Assembly: GCA_963745075.1 (NCBI GenBank)
Contig: CAVUWV010000024.1
Coordinates: forward strand, 192,001-256,000
Length of the DNA stretch: 64,000 nt
Reading direction: 5' to 3'
Source: Candidatus Hydrogenedentota bacterium
GTDB lineage: Bacteria > Hydrogenedentota > Hydrogenedentia > Hydrogenedentales > SLHB01
The position numbers and the translations under genes were made by a program. Under the pieces are notes generated by a model. That model saw nothing but the letters and a program-made list of their open reading frames with translations. It did no database searches and had not been told where the DNA came from. Below are positions 9,409 through 21,037 of this stretch, one piece after another. How positions within the stretch are numbered: the first letter of the stretch is position 1; each line of letters starts with the position of its first letter.

Positions 9409-11742
9409 TTACTCCTCGATGATGAAGCCGTGGTAGACCCCCATGTAGTAAGGCAGCAAGAATGAAGCGCCGTCGGACAAGTTGGTTCCGTTCCCGCCGT
9501 AATCGAGAGTCCACGGATCATGGTTCCAATGGTCCACAATGCGTTCGTCGATGGGAAGCACCCTCCCGCTCACACGATAGCCTCTCTTATCCCGGCCCAT
9601 GCTCCACTGAAGCGGAACGATGTCCAGACGGTGGCTGTTCTTCATTTCCCAGGCGATCAGGTCCAGCGGATAACGCTTCAGCGAATCGAGCGCCTCCTCA
9701 AAACACGACGTAGGCGCAGAAAAGGACCCTATCCGATAACCGCCGATCGAGGAAGTCGCGCCACTCAGGCTTGCCGCATAGATGTAGTTGAAAAGGGGGC
9801 ACAATTCCGGACTCTCCAGTCTCCAATAGCTGCTCAAGGAGTATGTATAGACTGTCCGGAGTACGGGGTCCGTCTCATACTTGAGCAGGTCGTAGTAGTC
9901 CATAAAGGCCATCTCGTCGTCAGATTGGTTGCCCGTGCCGGGGCCGGTCTGCATTTTGGGCATGAGCGTGTTTACTGCGTATCCGTGTTCCGTTACGAGC
10001 GAATCATAAGCCGCCCCAAACTTCGGATCGCCGGTAATGTGCTGAGCCGTCTTGAGGTAGGACAGAATACTCAGCGAATTGAGGCCGCGTGCACCGGCCC
10101 ATCGCGGGTCAAAGTTCAGGTCTTTCGGGCTGTAGCGGGCCCAGCGCGTGGGCTTGCCATCGTGGTCTACCAACTGGAAATCGTGGTCTACGAGATGGTC
10201 GGTGATGCGTTGAACGACTTCGCGGACACGCTCCTTCTCCTGCTCGGTTTCTGCCACCAAGTCATAGTAGGTCGCGTAGAAGAAGTAATGGCCGTCCAGT
10301 TCGTCCGAGCTGGTGTCGGACTTCCAGTACCATTGTCCATCCTCGCTGACCGGCCAGCGGGGGTCGATGACCTTCCACTGGGGATCGCGCTTTTGGGTCT
10401 CGCGATCTCGTTCTATTCGCCCTTCATTCGGGTCGGGACCGCTGGTCGGAAGGATGGTGCGGGCCGGAAACCCGGGAGGCGCGGGGTGGGTGCCGCCTTG
10501 AGTCACTTCGCTCAAAAAGGACACCGCTTCGAGAGCCTTGGTGGCCCGTCCCTTGGCTGCTGGGTCACCCGTGGCCGCGTAGGCAAAGCATTCCGAGGCA
10601 CCATACATACTGGTCCACAGACCGTCGTTGTCGCTGTCGTGTTTCTTGACGTTGGCTTTCACGCCGGGTTCCGGCAAGTTTACATCGAGAACATAGCCGA
10701 ACGGCGTGCGACGATGATACTTGTCAATCTCTTTCACGAAGAACTCCGCCTTGTCGCGCAGGGTGATAGGCCTCCGTTCAATCAGCCCCACACCGCTGGG
10801 CGTGGCAAACCAGGCGTTACCGTCTGGCGTGACCGCGATGGCACGAACTAAATCACTCGGAAGCCAGCGCTTTCCCTGGCGGTATTCCCAAGTCTCACCG
10901 TCGTAGCGGATTGCACCCAAGTCTGTGCCGAGCCAGACCACGCTTTCTTCGCCGGGAACAGCCACGGTGAACTGGTTGTAAGGGAGCCCTTCCTGGCCCG
11001 TGTAGAGGGTCCACTCGTGGTCCCGGCATCCCACACCCTGCGAACTCGCAAACCATAGGCGCCCTTGAATGTCGTAGGCCACACCGCGCACGTCGACGGG
11101 CGCCCAACTACGGCCCGCGCCATCCCGCGGGTGTATGGCTTCCCAGGAACCATTCATACGGACGAACAGTCCGGAGAGCGCCGCCACAGCGACCTCTCCG
11201 TCGAGTCCGGCGGCCACCTGACGCACTTCTTTGCTCGAGCCCAGCAAGCCATTGAGCGCCTCCACAGGGCGAAAGTCGGTTCCAGCCAACTCGAAAAGCC
11301 CTTGTCCCGTGCCCAAGTACGCCGTTTCGCCTTTCGCCAGACTAGTCAATTCTGAACTCTGAGGAACAGGCGAGATCCGTTTCGCATCGCCTTCAACCAC
11401 CCGATACAGAGCGTCGCCGGCAATAGCCAAGACGCCTGACACTTCCGGCGCGAGGGCAGATACCCGAGTGCCGGCCAACACGGAAAGACTCGACCACTGC
11501 CCTTCCTTGAAGCGAGCCAGCCCCTCGGCGGTGCCGGCGTAGATACTGCCGTCGGGCGCCACGGCCACAGCCAAGACGTCTTCGGACGGCAACCCGTCCT
11601 GGATGGTGTAAAACGTACGAACTTCCTGTTCGTACGTTGACACGCGAATGCCCTTCTCGTGACGTAGAGGTTCGGCGTAGCAGGTGAATCCGAACAGTAC
11701 GGCGCAGCTAGCAATCACGAACACAAACAGCGGTCGTTTCAT
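9409..11742 (-). CDS. Secreted protein with two-component-regulator-type beta-propeller repeats and a C-terminal helical barrel-like domain
   Basis: Signal peptide; GLPS..V.A.A...DG..Y/W.GT repeats; GGAGGGAG RBS before ATG 11742. Confidence 0.7.
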   Translation of the reverse strand: MKRPLFVFVIASCAVLFGFTCYAEPLRHEKGIRVSTYEQEVRTFYTIQDGLPSEDVLAVAVAPDGSIYAGTAEGLARFKEGQWSSLSVLAGTRVSALAPEVSGVLAIAGDALYRVVEGDAKRISPVPQSSELTSLAKGETAYLGTGQGLFELAGTDFRPVEALNGLLGSSKEVRQVAAGLDGEVAVAALSGLFVRMNGSWEAIHPRDGAGRSWAPVDVRGVAYDIQGRLWFASSQGVGCRDHEWTLYTGQEGLPYNQFTVAVPGEESVVWLGTDLGAIRYDGETWEYRQGKRWLPSDLVRAIAVTPDGNAWFATPSGVGLIERRPITLRDKAEFFVKEIDKYHRRTPFGYVLDVNLPEPGVKANVKKHDSDNDGLWTSMYGASECFAYAATGDPAAKGRATKALEAVSFLSEVTQGGTHPAPPGFPARTILPTSGPDPNEGRIERDRETQKRDPQWKVIDPRWPVSEDGQWYWKSDTSSDELDGHYFFYATYYDLVAETEQEKERVREVVQRITDHLVDHDFQLVDHDGKPTRWARYSPKDLNFDPRWAGARGLNSLSILSYLKTAQHITGDPKFGAAYDSLVTEHGYAVNTLMPKMQTGPGTGNQSDDEMAFMDYYDLLKYETDPVLRTVYTYSLSSYWRLESPELCPLFNYIYAASLSGATSSIGGYRIGSFSAPTSCFEEALDSLKRYPLDLIAWEMKNSHRLDIVPLQWSMGRDKRGYRVSGRVLPIDERIVDHWNHDPWTLDYGGNGTNLSDGASFLLPYYMGVYHGFIIEE

Positions 11743-12183
11743 AAGAACTCCCTCCATCGTTCCATCCCAGGGCGATTCAGAGACAAAGGTGCCGCGCACA
11801 AGCGTTTCTACACCACCGAATTGGTCCTGGCAAGTCCCCCTATTGCTGTCTTGCCTCGAAGCTGTTGGAGTCTCCGCTTCGAGGGTGTTTCCGGTCGGCT
11901 CAAAAGCCTGGTCATGTTGGCAACCCCTTTTCGAGCCACCTGGATTCTAGCGCAAACGTGAACCGCAACCCAGAAATGAAACCTGCGATATGTATTTCGT
12001 CACAGATGCCAATGTCGGCAATCGCCCCAAGAGCGACGCAAAACTAAACGTCCCGTTCCACGGTCGCTGCCGGCTGGTAGTGGCGGTCATCTTGGGGTGT
12101 TATACTGAAGTCTCTCGGGCTGAAGGCATTATGGAAAGTGATCGTGTGTGCGCGGTCAATCCAATTGGCAAGGATCTGTCAAT

Positions 12184-12628
12184 ATGAAAACCGAAACAAT
12201 TCGCGTTGGACAAGTCGGTATCAAGTTTCTGCTCGAAGCTGCCGGGACGAATGGATCCATGGCGATGTTCGAATTCGCCGTCCCAGTGGGCGCGAAGGTG
12301 CCGCTACCCCATTATCACAAGGAATACGACGAGACCATCTACGGAGTTGAGGGCGTGGTAACATTCACCGTGGATGACAAGCTGGTGGACATCGGCCCGG
12401 GAGAATCTTGTTTTATTCCGCGTGGCGCCGTGCATGGTTTTAACAACCGGAAGCAAACCGACGTTCAGGGCGTTGGCCATCGTTACTCCTGGGCTTATCG
12501 GTCCCCAGTTCTTCAAGGAGATGGCAGTGCTGATAAATGTGGAAGGGCCCCCGGATGGTGAAAAGTTGAAAGCCGTGATGCTGAAACACGGGCTTGTTCC
12601 CGTGATGCCGAAAACGGCTTCCCTATGA
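12184..12628 (+). CDS. Cupin-domain protein (frameshift near 12465)
   Basis: PHYH..DE..Y.VEG and IPRGAVHGF motifs; C-terminus ALAIVTPG..FF..HGL is in another frame. Confidence 0.8.
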
Positions 12629-13010
12629 ATTCCCCACGCGGGGTGACCAGCGCGTTGCGTTGTGTGTGCTTAGGGTGAGCTGCTGGGACGGAACATCGGG
12701 GAGACTCGCACCATGTTCGATTTCATCTTTGCCATACTCGCGTGGATCGTACGGATCATTTACTTCACCGGACGTCTCTTGACTGCCAACGATTTCAATC
12801 AGGAGCAAGATTACAATCCGTAATCGAGAGTTCGGTGACACGGATGCCGTCTCCACTGCGGGCGATTTACGCGGACAGCAAGCTGGATTCCCGCCCCTTA
12901 TACGCATCCATCTAACAATGCGCAGTTTTAACGACTACCGTGGCGCGACTTGATTGTCTTCTCCAATTGAATCTATCGTGCATGAAACGGTCGAACGGCT
13001 CGGTGAGTCT

Positions 13011-14702
13011 AAACCCAGCGCGGCATAGCCGCAACCAAAAGTGAGGAGATGAATGGCGTTTCCCCTTTGCAGATACAATAGGTATCCGCAGTGGTCTAAC
13101 ACGAGAAGGAGAAACGCCATGCTTGAGTTTATGCAGAAGTACCGGGATAAAGCCAGTTCGATTCTGAGCGGTTTTGATCGAATCGTCTTTCGAGGGCTTT
13201 TGCGGTCTATAGTCCATCCAGACGGCATGAAAAGGCACTTGTCGCGGTGTGACGTTCCCCGCCGCAACTTCGGAGCCCATGTGGAGGAGACGACCAAGAA
13301 ACTGAAAAAGGCCTCGTTGGCTCAGGCTGAACATCTGGATAGACCGGTCATCTACGTGCAATCGAGTCAAACCCGTAAGGAGACTATCGCCAGACAGGTA
13401 CTCGCGGAGAATCCCGTCGATTCCGGTTTGCTGTGCGTGCTTTCTTGTGTGGAGCCCTGCATGACCTACGAGATGTATCGCAATCGGGAGGCCAAGAAAC
13501 TGGAACTCGTCTATCGTCTGCGTAAGTGTCTCCACTTGTATCATTACTACGTCGATCCTCTGTTCGGCTTCATGCATGCCCGCATCCAAACCTGGTATCC
13601 CTTTCACGTCCAAGTCTGTGTGAATGGACGGGAATGGCTGGCTCGGCGAATGGATGCCGAAGGTTGCAAATACATCCGCTACGAGAACAGTTTCCCGCAT
13701 CTAGAGGACCCGGAGCGCGCCCAGCAATTGCTCGATGAACTGGTCCGTCTCAACTGGACCGAAACCCTTCACGAAATCGCCGCGCGGTTGAATCCTGCGC
13801 ATCAAGAGATCCTCGGTCCCTATGCCCGCTACTACTGGACCGCTCACCAAACCGAATGGGCCACGGACATCACGTTTACCTCGGCCCAAGACCTCCAAGA
13901 TATCTATCCTCAACTTGTCTGGGGCGCCATCACCACCTTTTCCACACGGCATGTCATGCGCTTTTTGGGCAAACAATTCCAACGCCACTTTGCCGGCGAA
14001 GTCCAGAGCCATTATCACGACCGTCTCGACGGCCTCTCCGTCAAACATGCCGTCAACAACAATTCCGTCAAGATGTATGACAAAGGGGCCCAAATCCTTC
14101 GCATCGAAACCACCATCAACAACCCCCACGACATCCCGGTCTACCGGCCCAAGGAAGGCGGTGACCCCAAAGACTTGGCTCACCGTTCCATGCGCAAAGG
14201 CGTAGCCAATCTCGAACGGCGCACGCAGGTCTCTCAACGCGCCAACGAACGCTACCTCGAAGCCCTGACACCATTCGATACCTCCACTCCCTTGGCACAA
14301 CTCCTCGCCCCCGTCACCAAAAGGGTCACCAAAAAAGGAACGACCTATCGCGGCCTGCGGCCTTGGGCACACCAAGACCTCGAACTTCTGCAAACCATCA
14401 ACAAACCCGAGTTTCTCATCGCAGGCTTCCGCAACAAGGACCTGTCCGCCATCCTTTATCCCAAGGATCAGGGCGACCTCCGTGCCCGACGCGCCGCCTC
14501 CGGTCGCGTCTCCTATCGCCTACGGCTTCTCCGAGCCCACGGTCTTATTGCCAAAACATCACGCACCCGTCGCTACCAAATCACCACCAAAGGAACTCAA
14601 CTATGCGCAGCCATACTCATGGCCCAACACGCAACTATCCAACAACTTACCCCCAAGGCCGCTTAGACAAATGCGAAAGTTTTTTACGATGTTTGCGGTT
14701 AG
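13011..14702 (+). mobile_element. Putative single-ORF non-DDE insertion element (boundaries approximate)
   Basis: Orphan 1.5-kb ORF between unrelated genes; GCGGC-ATA-GCCGC hairpin at left; structured leader; C/A-rich strand bias. Confidence 0.45.
13119..14666 (+). CDS. 515-aa protein with Rep_trans-like nuclease motif and C-terminal MarR-like winged helix; putative transposase/relaxase
   Basis: AGGAG RBS before ATG 13119; SVKMYDKG..LRIETTIN; wHTH-like GFRNKDL..VSYRLRLLRAHGLI.K..RTRRYQITTKG. Confidence 0.6.
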   Translation: MLEFMQKYRDKASSILSGFDRIVFRGLLRSIVHPDGMKRHLSRCDVPRRNFGAHVEETTKKLKKASLAQAEHLDRPVIYVQSSQTRKETIARQVLAENPVDSGLLCVLSCVEPCMTYEMYRNREAKKLELVYRLRKCLHLYHYYVDPLFGFMHARIQTWYPFHVQVCVNGREWLARRMDAEGCKYIRYENSFPHLEDPERAQQLLDELVRLNWTETLHEIAARLNPAHQEILGPYARYYWTAHQTEWATDITFTSAQDLQDIYPQLVWGAITTFSTRHVMRFLGKQFQRHFAGEVQSHYHDRLDGLSVKHAVNNNSVKMYDKGAQILRIETTINNPHDIPVYRPKEGGDPKDLAHRSMRKGVANLERRTQVSQRANERYLEALTPFDTSTPLAQLLAPVTKRVTKKGTTYRGLRPWAHQDLELLQTINKPEFLIAGFRNKDLSAILYPKDQGDLRARRAASGRVSYRLRLLRAHGLIAKTSRTRRYQITTKGTQLCAAILMAQHATIQQLTPKAA

Positions 14703-14772
14703 GGACCCAGGGGATGTTGTCAGGCATTCCCGTCCCATTCCACACTGAGATGATAACGGAGTACAAAAAGAT

Positions 14773-16140
14773 ATGAATCTTGTTGTGGCCGTCGGGTTCC
14801 TCGCTTTGGCGGCGACCGAACCACAGAGCTTCACCCTTCACGCAGGCACCAGCGTGTGGGACGTGGCGGCGCTCGACGTAAACGGGGATGAACGTGGAGA
14901 CGTCGTTGCCGTGTGTTGCGACGAGAATTCGGAGCCGTTGAACAAGTATCTTGCCGTCTTTCTCTGCGATGCGAATGGGGGATACCCTTCCGAACCCAGT
15001 TTCAAAACCCCACTCGATCCGAGCATCGGCGTGTTGTTCGAGGCCGAAATCGACGGGGCGCCTCCCAAGGAAATCATGGCCGCCAACGCCGAAAGCGTCA
15101 CCGCGTTCGGCTACCGGGACGACAAACTGAAACCCATTCGCGAGGTATCGTTTCCTTCGCTCTTCCCGAGCGGCTCCCGTGAACCGGGTTTTCTCAAGGA
15201 TGCTTCCGCTGACCTCGACGGTGACGGCATCGACGAGTGGTTTGTGCCGATGCCGTCGGGATTCGCAGTCCGCAATAGCGACGGGCTCCTTGCGGACATA
15301 CACTGCGACGTCAACAGCAGCATTCGCACGGGCTCCGGGATCTCGATCAACAACCGGTATCCCGCCTACGCTACGTTCGATCAGGAAAGCTCGAAACAAA
15401 AAGGCGTCGCTTTTCTCAGCGATGAATATGCGGATTTCGCATACGGAAACGGCTGGAAGCAGCACCAGCGATTCCGCATTCCCATCGACCTCGACGACAA
15501 ATGGGACACCAGCTCCGACATGGAGGACATCAACGGCGACGGAATGCCCGACCTCATCGTGACCCAGACGCAGGGGACCATCAACCTGAAGGCGTTGACC
15601 CAGGTCTATCTGGCGGAAGGAATCATGAAGTATCCCGACAAGCCGACCGCGACCTTCGAGTCCCACGGCTCGTTCGCCGCGCCTCTGTTGAAGGACGTGA
15701 ACGGGGACAAGAAGAAGGACATCATCTTCGTAAACATCCCGTTCGGCGTGAAGTTCTTCATCAACCTCTTCGTCTGGCAGAAGCTCGGCGTCAATCTTGA
15801 AATCTACATCTTCAATGGCACCGGGTTCGGCTCCAAGCCCGATTTTACGACCAGCGTATCGATCGAAGCGCCGGATGGAAAAGAGCAGGCCGCGTATTGT
15901 CTTGGCGATTTCAACGGCGATGGCAAAACCGACGCCGCCTTTGGCGCGGGCCGGACCAAGCTGCTCTTGCGTGCGGGGGGCGACGCGAAGTTCATCTCGC
16001 CAAAGCCGTACTTGACCCTGGATGTGCCGTCGTTTGGGATCGCCCACGCCCACAAACTGAACGACAACGACGCGGAAGACATTCTCATCTATCACCCCGG
16101 GATCTCGCTACGTGACCAAATCGAAGTCCTGGTCTTCTGA
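14773..16140 (+). CDS. Secreted FG-GAP/VCBS repeat protein
   Basis: Repeated D(V/L/I/F)(N/D)GD.. Ca-binding motifs; signal peptide. Confidence 0.85.
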   Translation: MNLVVAVGFLALAATEPQSFTLHAGTSVWDVAALDVNGDERGDVVAVCCDENSEPLNKYLAVFLCDANGGYPSEPSFKTPLDPSIGVLFEAEIDGAPPKEIMAANAESVTAFGYRDDKLKPIREVSFPSLFPSGSREPGFLKDASADLDGDGIDEWFVPMPSGFAVRNSDGLLADIHCDVNSSIRTGSGISINNRYPAYATFDQESSKQKGVAFLSDEYADFAYGNGWKQHQRFRIPIDLDDKWDTSSDMEDINGDGMPDLIVTQTQGTINLKALTQVYLAEGIMKYPDKPTATFESHGSFAAPLLKDVNGDKKKDIIFVNIPFGVKFFINLFVWQKLGVNLEIYIFNGTGFGSKPDFTTSVSIEAPDGKEQAAYCLGDFNGDGKTDAAFGAGRTKLLLRAGGDAKFISPKPYLTLDVPSFGIAHAHKLNDNDAEDILIYHPGISLRDQIEVLVF

Positions 16141-16281
16141 TGCCTTGTGCGAATCCACTCGGTTGTCCTTGCAGAAAGCGTCTTACAGCACCGACGGTCC
16201 TCGGTGATTCGTCGTCGACTCAAACTACCATTCCAACAACGCGAGCGCTAAGATAGTCGCGATTTCCCGGGAGCGAGCCCT

Positions 16282-16698
16282 ATGGGAGTGATCCGAAATC
16301 TGATAGGAATGTTACGAGGCGGAATGGACCCGTCTCTTGAGGGATCAAACGTGAAACCACTTTCAAGTCTGGAAGACTTGGACGCCTGCCTGAGTGCGTC
16401 CCAGGAGTCTCCCGTATTCATTTTCAAGCACAGCACGGCGTGTCCGATATCGTCGGAAGCATATCGCCACGTGGCGGCTTACGCGGAGAATATGGACGCA
16501 GACGATCCGCGCGTATATCTGGTGAAGGTCATCGAGGAGCGCCCGGTTTCCAACAAGATCGCCGAAGTGTTGGGGGTCCCGCACAAATCCCCGCAGATAA
16601 TCCTGGTGAGCAAAGGTGCGTGTGTGTGGACCGCGTCACATTATGGTATTCGTGAGGAGCGTATTCGCGACGCCACCACGACGCACTCACCGGATTGA
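16282..16698 (+). CDS. ytxJ: Bacillithiol-system redox-active protein YtxJ-like (DUF2847)
   Basis: FIFKHSTACPIS, H.SPQ and W.ASH motifs. Confidence 0.85.
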   Translation: MGVIRNLIGMLRGGMDPSLEGSNVKPLSSLEDLDACLSASQESPVFIFKHSTACPISSEAYRHVAAYAENMDADDPRVYLVKVIEERPVSNKIAEVLGVPHKSPQIILVSKGACVWTASHYGIREERIRDATTTHSPD

Positions 16699-17004
16699 CT
16701 AATCACCAAGCATTGTCCCAAAACCTGCGGGTATCGTCATTCTTCGCTTCGCTCCTAACAGGCCCCCGTAAGTCGTTTTGCGCCAATATCGGCGGCTTGC
16801 CCTTGCCTGTGACGGACTCGAAATCGGGATCGAGATCCCTATCGGAACTGAAAGCACTTGGCGCTTCCCACTTCGATCCAGAACCCGATTTCGAGACTAT
16901 TGCACGTCGCAACCATGCTCGACTGTTCTCGCCGCCAACAACCTCGATAGAGGTCCCCGGCTCAGAATGACAGCAAACACGTACCCATGGTTTGAGGATA
17001 GCTT

Positions 17005-18481
17005 CTAGGAAAACTGTAACGGCAACGTGCGAATTTCCCGCGTTTCCAAGTCCGCAACAACGACGCGATGGTTGTTGGTGTCCGCGATGTACAAGGCTCC
17101 ATTGCACGCTGTAACCCCGCTCGGTTCGTTCAACCCGGCATCCTCACCTTCGCCGCCACCTGGTTTGCCCGTTCCAACAAAGTTTTCGACAGTCCCGGTG
17201 GCCGGATACAGCACCTTGATCCGGTGATTGTATGTGTCCGCGATGAAGACCTTGCCGTCATGCCAGCAGACGCCGAGGGGATGCTGCAAGCGGGCGGCCT
17301 TCACGGGCCCCACACGATCGCCGAATTCGAACAACCCGGAACCGATTATCGTTTCCACCTCGCCGGAAGCACGCAGATCGCACCTGCGCACCGCGCTGAC
17401 TTCGCTGTCCGCGAAATAGAGGGAGTTACCCTTTATCGCAAGACCGCTCGGTTGGGCCAACTGTGCCGATTGGCCGGGCCCGTCCAGCAAGTTCTCCACG
17501 CCGGAACCGGCGAACAGGCGGAAATTGCGCGTCTCGACAGCGGCCCGCCAGATCTGATGAGAGCCCGCCATCGCTACGTAAAGCATATTATCGGCGGTTT
17601 CCACGTCCCACGGTGAGCTGAGCGGCGTGCCCTCGCCGCCCGTCATAGTCCGAAAATCACCTTGTATGCCGTTACCGCCAAACGTAGCAACACGCCGTGC
17701 CGCGAGGTGCAACGCGCGCACCGCGTGATTCGCCGTGTCGGCAACGTAGAGCACGTTATCTCGGAGGGCCATTCCTTGCGGGCGATGGAACCGGGCCTCT
17801 TCAAACGATCCGTCTTCGAGCCCATGCTCGCACGAGCCCGCCACATCCTGAACCGCGCCATCGAAGCCGCAGATTAGGATTCGGTTGTGATTCGTGTCCG
17901 CGATGAATAGTCGCGAATCGGCTCCGTCCGCGAGCACTTTACCGGGAAAAAGGAGTGATCGCAGGTCCAATGCGGCCGTCGTCTCACCAAAAACCATCGG
18001 TGTCTCGTCCAGGGAACCGTGTGCCCGGTGGTAACTCACCAGGTTCTCGATGAGCACGTCCATCTCGTCCCGATGTCCTTCACCGGAAAACGCCGCGACC
18101 ACCTCGCCATCGGGATCGATCAAGCAGAGCGTCGGCCAGGCCTGCGCACCGTACGCTTTCCAGATCCGGTATTCCCCGTCGTTAATCACGGGATGGGTAA
18201 TCCCGTGACGGACTACGGCACGCCGAACCGGTTCAAGTTGCCGCTCGTTCTCGAACTTGCCCGCATGAACCCCGATCACCACCAACTGATTGGGATACTT
18301 GGCTTCGAGGTAGGACACATCAGTAAGCACGTGCATGCAATTGATGCAGCAGGACGTTCCAGAAGTCCAGCAACACCACCTTGCCGCGGAGATCGCTCAC
18401 GCGCAACGGCGCGTCGCAATTCAGCCATTCCAATGCACCGTCCAACTCCGGAGCCAATCCGAAGGTCTCGTACCCCGCCAT
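17005..18481 (-). CDS. Thioredoxin-like plus NHL-repeat protein (NHLRC2-like); frameshift near 18358
   Basis: LRGKVVLLDFW then CCINCMH after removing one base; many ADT.NHR NHL repeats; GGAGG RBS. Confidence 0.85.
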
Positions 18482-18584
18482 GCATACCTCCCTTGAAATC
18501 GACCCCGATCCCGGAGCCGACGGCGTATACTATAGCAATCACAAGCAGTACACGCGAAGCAACGGGTTTGAAAAGGAAAGTACC

Positions 18585-19052
18585 ATGATGGTCTATCTCG
18601 TACAACACGGCGATGCGGTTGACAAAACCTACGACCCCGACCGTCCCTTGACCGACGCGGGCCGCCACGCAGTCGAACGGGTCGCGGCGTTCGTCGCCAA
18701 AGCCGGCGTAACAATTCCCGCGATCTGGCATAGCGACAAGACGCGTGCCCGGGAAACGGCCGAAATCCTTGCCGTCCATGTCGCACCAGGAATCTCCCCG
18801 GCGGAACGCAAGGGACTCAAGCCGAATGACGACGTAACCGCAATCGCAAAAGAATTGCAGGAACAAGAAAGCGACGTGGCCCTCGTCGGACACATGCCGC
18901 ACCTCTCCCGGCTGGCCGGACTCCTGACGACGGGAAAAGCCGATGCGGATGTCATCGCGTTCGAGCGCGGTGGCGTGGTCGCAATCCAGCGGGATGCAGC
19001 GGGGAAGTGGCGCATTGCCTGGGTGCTTCCGCCGTCCTTGCTCGTTCGGTGA
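18585..19052 (+). CDS. sixA: Phosphohistidine phosphatase SixA
   Basis: YLVQHGDA..DRPLT..G, HS.KTRA.ETA, LVGH.P motifs. Confidence 0.85.
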   Translation: MMVYLVQHGDAVDKTYDPDRPLTDAGRHAVERVAAFVAKAGVTIPAIWHSDKTRARETAEILAVHVAPGISPAERKGLKPNDDVTAIAKELQEQESDVALVGHMPHLSRLAGLLTTGKADADVIAFERGGVVAIQRDAAGKWRIAWVLPPSLLVR

Positions 19053-20123
<1,071 letters not shown>

Positions 20124-20177
20124 TCAACAACGTGAGAGTTCCCCCAACGAAAACTTCGCGTTCCTCAGATACGCGGA

Positions 20178-20645
20178 TCAAGAACCTTCGCCGGTGGTGA
20201 GCCGCAACGCCAGCGGAAAGTCGTCCACCAGAACAAATACCGTATTCTCGTCACCGAGGAAGGACTCCTTGCCGCCGGAGTCCATCGCGGAAACCTCCGG
20301 GACGGTAAGATCGAACACCGGCTCTTCCCCCCCTAGAGCGGTGAGCACATTGCCGCACGTAACGTTGAGTAGTTCCTTGAGTGCATCCTGGTAGATTCGA
20401 GGTTCCTCGGCGTCTTCCGGTTCCGTGCCCAGCAGGTTTGCCGCCAGATCCGGGCACATGGCCTGGGGGACGGCCAGCGACAACGAACCGGTCATGGCGC
20501 CTTCGAATCCCATCTGTGCCAGTAAAATTTCTTCGGCGTGTCCCGCAAAATCGTCGGGCGAGCCCTCGTCGCAGAACATGAACGCCATCTGCTCCAGCAC
20601 GTCCGTGAACACGCGGTTCAACACGACTTTTTGTTCCTCACTCAT
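20178..20645 (-). CDS. CheX/CheC-like phosphatase
   Basis: DALKELLNVTCGN (ExxN) motif. Confidence 0.75.
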   Translation of the reverse strand: MSEEQKVVLNRVFTDVLEQMAFMFCDEGSPDDFAGHAEEILLAQMGFEGAMTGSLSLAVPQAMCPDLAANLLGTEPEDAEEPRIYQDALKELLNVTCGNVLTALGGEEPVFDLTVPEVSAMDSGGKESFLGDENTVFVLVDDFPLALRLTTGEGS

Positions 20646-21024
20646 TGCCGGTCCCCAATACCTCGTCCAACACCTCCCGGATCTGCTCCGGCGTAAACGG
20701 CTTTCGAACGTATGCCCTGACTCCTTTTGCCTTCAGATCCTCGATTCGCGTCGCGCTGCCCTCGGTGGACACTACGACCACCGGAATCGCCTTCAGTACG
20801 TCGTCGTCCATCATGCGTTCGACAAGTTCAACGCCGCCCATATCGGGCATGTTGATATCGGTCAATACCAGATCGACCCAATTCTCGCGAAGCACCGCCA
20901 GCGCCTCGCGCCCGTTGGATGCCTGCAGGGGGTCGTTCAGTTCAATTCCGGACAGCTTCAGGGTCTTCAATAAGATTGAGCGAACCGTTTCAGAATCATC
21001 GACTACCAGAATATTCAGGGCCAT
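20638..21024 (-). CDS. cheY: Single-domain response regulator (CheY-like)
   Basis: LVVDDS, DINMPDMGG, KPF motifs. Confidence 0.85.
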   Translation of the reverse strand: MALNILVVDDSETVRSILLKTLKLSGIELNDPLQASNGREALAVLRENWVDLVLTDINMPDMGGVELVERMMDDDVLKAIPVVVVSTEGSATRIEDLKAKGVRAYVRKPFTPEQIREVLDEVLGTGNE

Positions 21025-21037
21025 TCCGTTGCTCCCA

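Noticed and set aside
12623..12907. 94-aa minus-strand ORF beside the putative mobile element
   Set aside because: No RBS, motif or compositional support; may be a degraded remnant.
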